From Pseudomonas sp. (lineage in GTDB: Bacteria; Pseudomonadota; Gammaproteobacteria; Pseudomonadales; Pseudomonadaceae), in assembly GCA_030656145.1 (NCBI GenBank), contig JAUSOF010000093.1, forward strand, positions 93,468 through 157,467: DNA of 64,000 nucleotides, written 5' to 3'. Under the pieces are notes generated by a model. That model was given only the letters and a program-made list of their open reading frames with translations, ran no database searches and had not been told where the DNA came from. Each line of letters starts with the position of its first letter. Within the stretch, counting starts at the first letter, position 1. Below are positions 61,741-64,000 of this stretch, piece after piece. Both the position numbers and the translations under genes were made by a program.

Positions 61741-64000
61741 TTAGCGGGTTTTGCCCGTGCGTTCGCTAAAGCGCTGCAGCACACGATAAATGGCGTTGAG
61801 GGCACGATCCACCAGCGGTGTATCGCGTTCAGGTGGAACGATGCGGGCCATGCCTTGTTCCATTTCGCAGGCCAGCAGGGTCAAGGGCTTGATCGACGCC
61901 CGCTGGCCGCTGTGATCGACAAACATGTAATTGCGTGTGGTCGGGCTAAACCAGGAGAGCTTGAGCAGGCGGGGTTGGTTGTCCGTGAGAAATTCGAACC
62001 AGGTGCCGAACTCGATCTGCACCAGCTCCTGGGCGAATGCCTGGGCGCGAGTAGACAAGCCGGATTCCTGTGGTGCCAGAGTGGCAAGCATGGCGTCTTC
62101 GCCGAGCATGGCGCCGAGCGCACTCGGCGCCAGCTGCGGGGCGAAGGTGTCGGCGAGCTGCGGTTGTTTGGCTTGTGCGGCGTACTGGCAGGCGACCAGG
62201 TCCTGCAGCAGGCGGCGGATGCCGTCCTCGTGGTAACCACCGAGCAATTGCAGGCCCTTGCGCAGATCATCCAGCAGCGCCACGCGCAGTGCCTGCAGTT
62301 GCTGGCGGCCACTTTCATCCAGCGGCGTGCCGCTCCAGGCCAGCTGCTCGGCTACTTCACAGGCGCGCTGCCATTCACTGCTGCTTTCGCCATGGCGCAG
62401 CAGGGTGAATACCAGTACGTCGGCCCAGGTCAGCTCGAGGAAGTTGCGAATAATCCCCGGAGGGTGGCGTTGCTTCAGGCTGCGGGCAATCACCTCGAGA
62501 GCCTGCTGGCGTGCGTCGAGCAGTTTATCGCGGCCTTTGGCCGCTTCCACGGCACGGCGTTCGCGCAGTTCGACCTTCTGTTTGAGCGTGGCGGCGTAGT
62601 CGTCGAATTGCGCGAGCAGCCTTTCGAACAGCATTGGCTCGCCAGCGTTTGCCCTGATCACTTGTTCCACTACCCACTGCATTTTCTCCAGCAGGGCGCG
62701 TTCATTGGTTTCGCCACCATAGAGCACGCCGGCCTGGGCCATGCTGTTAAGTAGGCGCCGCGCCGGATGGCTGTGCTGGGTGAACAGGGCTTTGTCTTGC
62801 AGTGCGACTCTCAGGTAAGGCGTGTGCAAGTGGGAGAGGACGGTCTTGTAGCTGTCGAGCAGGCAGTCGTCGTCGAGGATAAAGTCGAACAGCATGCCGA
62901 CCAGGTCGACCACGTCAGCTTCCTTGTCCGACAGTTTTTGCTGGCCTGGGCGCTGGCTGAAGGCTTCTAGTTGCTGCTGCAGATCGGCTTTCAAGCTGCC
63001 CACACGCTGCGGCTGCTGCAGGCGCTGCGCCAGCTCATCGACAGAGTCGTGTTGCATGCGGTTCAGGGCATCAAGCAGATCGCTGGCGCTGTAGGTGCTG
63101 GTAGCGTTGCGCGGGGTATAGCTGGCAATGCTGGGCGTGCGGCCGAGCAGTGGTGCGTTAATGTCACGCCGGCGGTGTTCGCCGAGCAGGGCGGTCAGGC
63201 TCTGCAGCAGCGCTGTCGAATTGCTCGACGGCGGCCCGTCGAGGTCGGACGGCTCTGTCGGGGCCGCGCTTGCCGATTGGCTGCCAGTCGCCTGGGGATT
63301 GGCGTCTGCCGACCTTGCTGTTGTGGTGCTGGGGGCGTGCGTGGTCGGGGCCGGACGCGGGTTGGCGGCGCGCTGGGCACTGTATTTGAGGTCGGGCAGC
63401 ACGCCGGCATCGATCAGGCGTTGATTGAGGGCGCTATATACAGTGTCGAGGCCGAGCATCACGTGCTTGTCGAACAAGCTGTAGAGAATGGTTTTGATCT
63501 GCAGCGGCAGCGGGTGGGTTGTCAGGGCCTGGCGAAATGCCTGGGCAATCATCTGCGGGCCGAAGGGATTGTTGCCTTCGCCCAGTTGCTGTCCATTGTT
63601 GAGCAGCGCCAGGCGCTGCTCCAGTGCATATAGTTGTTGTGCGCAGCGAGATCTGACCTGGCTGACCATGGTGGTGATCAGCAGGCTTTCCTCGTACTCC
63701 TCGTTCTGCACCAGGGCGAGGTGTTCGGCATCCAGTTCGGTGGTGCTGGGCGCAGGCTTGAGCTTGCCTTCAAGAAAGTCGGAGAAATTCTGCGAGATGG
63801 TCTGGTGGTAGATTCGCTCGATCTGCGGCCGCTGCTTGCGAATCTCGCGCATGCTCTCGAAGAACAGGTTTTGCACCTGATTATTCTCGGCTTTCTCCGC
63901 GCACTCGAACAGCGTGTCATCGACTTGGCCGAAAACCCCCGTCAGTTGCTCTGCCAGCCGGTTCATCACCAGCTTGCGGCAGCTTTGTACTAGCTCGCCG
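61741..64000 (-). CDS. DUF1631-like protein (5' end outside window)
   Basis: VDLVGMLFDFILDD, HLHTPYLRVAL, HPARRLLN, C-terminal GTWFEF...KLSWFSP...YMFVD; frame open to the window edge. Confidence 0.8.
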   Translation of the reverse strand, partial: GELVQSCRKLVMNRLAEQLTGVFGQVDDTLFECAEKAENNQVQNLFFESMREIRKQRPQIERIYHQTISQNFSDFLEGKLKPAPSTTELDAEHLALVQNEEYEESLLITTMVSQVRSRCAQQLYALEQRLALLNNGQQLGEGNNPFGPQMIAQAFRQALTTHPLPLQIKTILYSLFDKHVMLGLDTVYSALNQRLIDAGVLPDLKYSAQRAANPRPAPTTHAPSTTTARSADANPQATGSQSASAAPTEPSDLDGPPSSNSTALLQSLTALLGEHRRRDINAPLLGRTPSIASYTPRNATSTYSASDLLDALNRMQHDSVDELAQRLQQPQRVGSLKADLQQQLEAFSQRPGQQKLSDKEADVVDLVGMLFDFILDDDCLLDSYKTVLSHLHTPYLRVALQDKALFTQHSHPARRLLNSMAQAGVLYGGETNERALLEKMQWVVEQVIRANAGEPMLFERLLAQFDDYAATLKQKVELRERRAVEAAKGRDKLLDARQQALEVIARSLKQRHPPGIIRNFLELTWADVLVFTLLRHGESSSEWQRACEVAEQLAWSGTPLDESGRQQLQALRVALLDDLRKGLQLLGGYHEDGIRRLLQDLVACQYAAQAKQPQLADTFAPQLAPSALGAMLGEDAMLATLAPQESGLSTRAQAFAQELVQIEFGTWFEFLTDNQPRLLKLSWFSPTTRNYMFVDHSGQRASIKPLTLLACEMEQGMARIVPPERDTPLVDRALNAIYRVLQRFSERTGKTR

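Overview
Chromosomal window of a GC-rich Pseudomonas. From glyA-morA-ettA onward the gene content matches the P. aeruginosa PA4601-PA4542 region as I recall it: LonC-type protease, fklB, ispB, rplU-rpmA-obgE-proB-creA, rpsT, murJ-ribF-ileS-lspA-fkpB-ispH, a type IV minor pilin/pilY1 cassette, thiO, bamD, rluD-pgeF, pilS-pilR and clpB. The first ~9.6 kb is accessory. It holds the 3' end of a large acidic repeat protein, a short AmrZ-like Arc regulator, a PrtDEF-type type I secretion operon and a secreted TPR protein, bracketed by arrays of a ~200-bp nested inverted-repeat element. Best leads: (i) the S-layer/adhesin-like T1SS module with a truncated AmrZ paralogue; (ii) an apparent relocation and inversion of PP0621-pilS-pilR to between pgeF and clpB, with one REP family at two junctions; (iii) a DUF6482 / FeS photolyase / DUF2256 operon behind a TGTA-rich palindromic promoter; (iv) DnaA boxes flanking a small conserved gene; (v) a six-unit 156-bp REP tandem array; (vi) repeat elements that supply or abut gene boundaries (tolC-like stop, murJ stop, ileS-lspA junction). 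No tRNA, rRNA, CRISPR array or transposase was seen. All family assignments come from motif recognition by eye, not from database searches.
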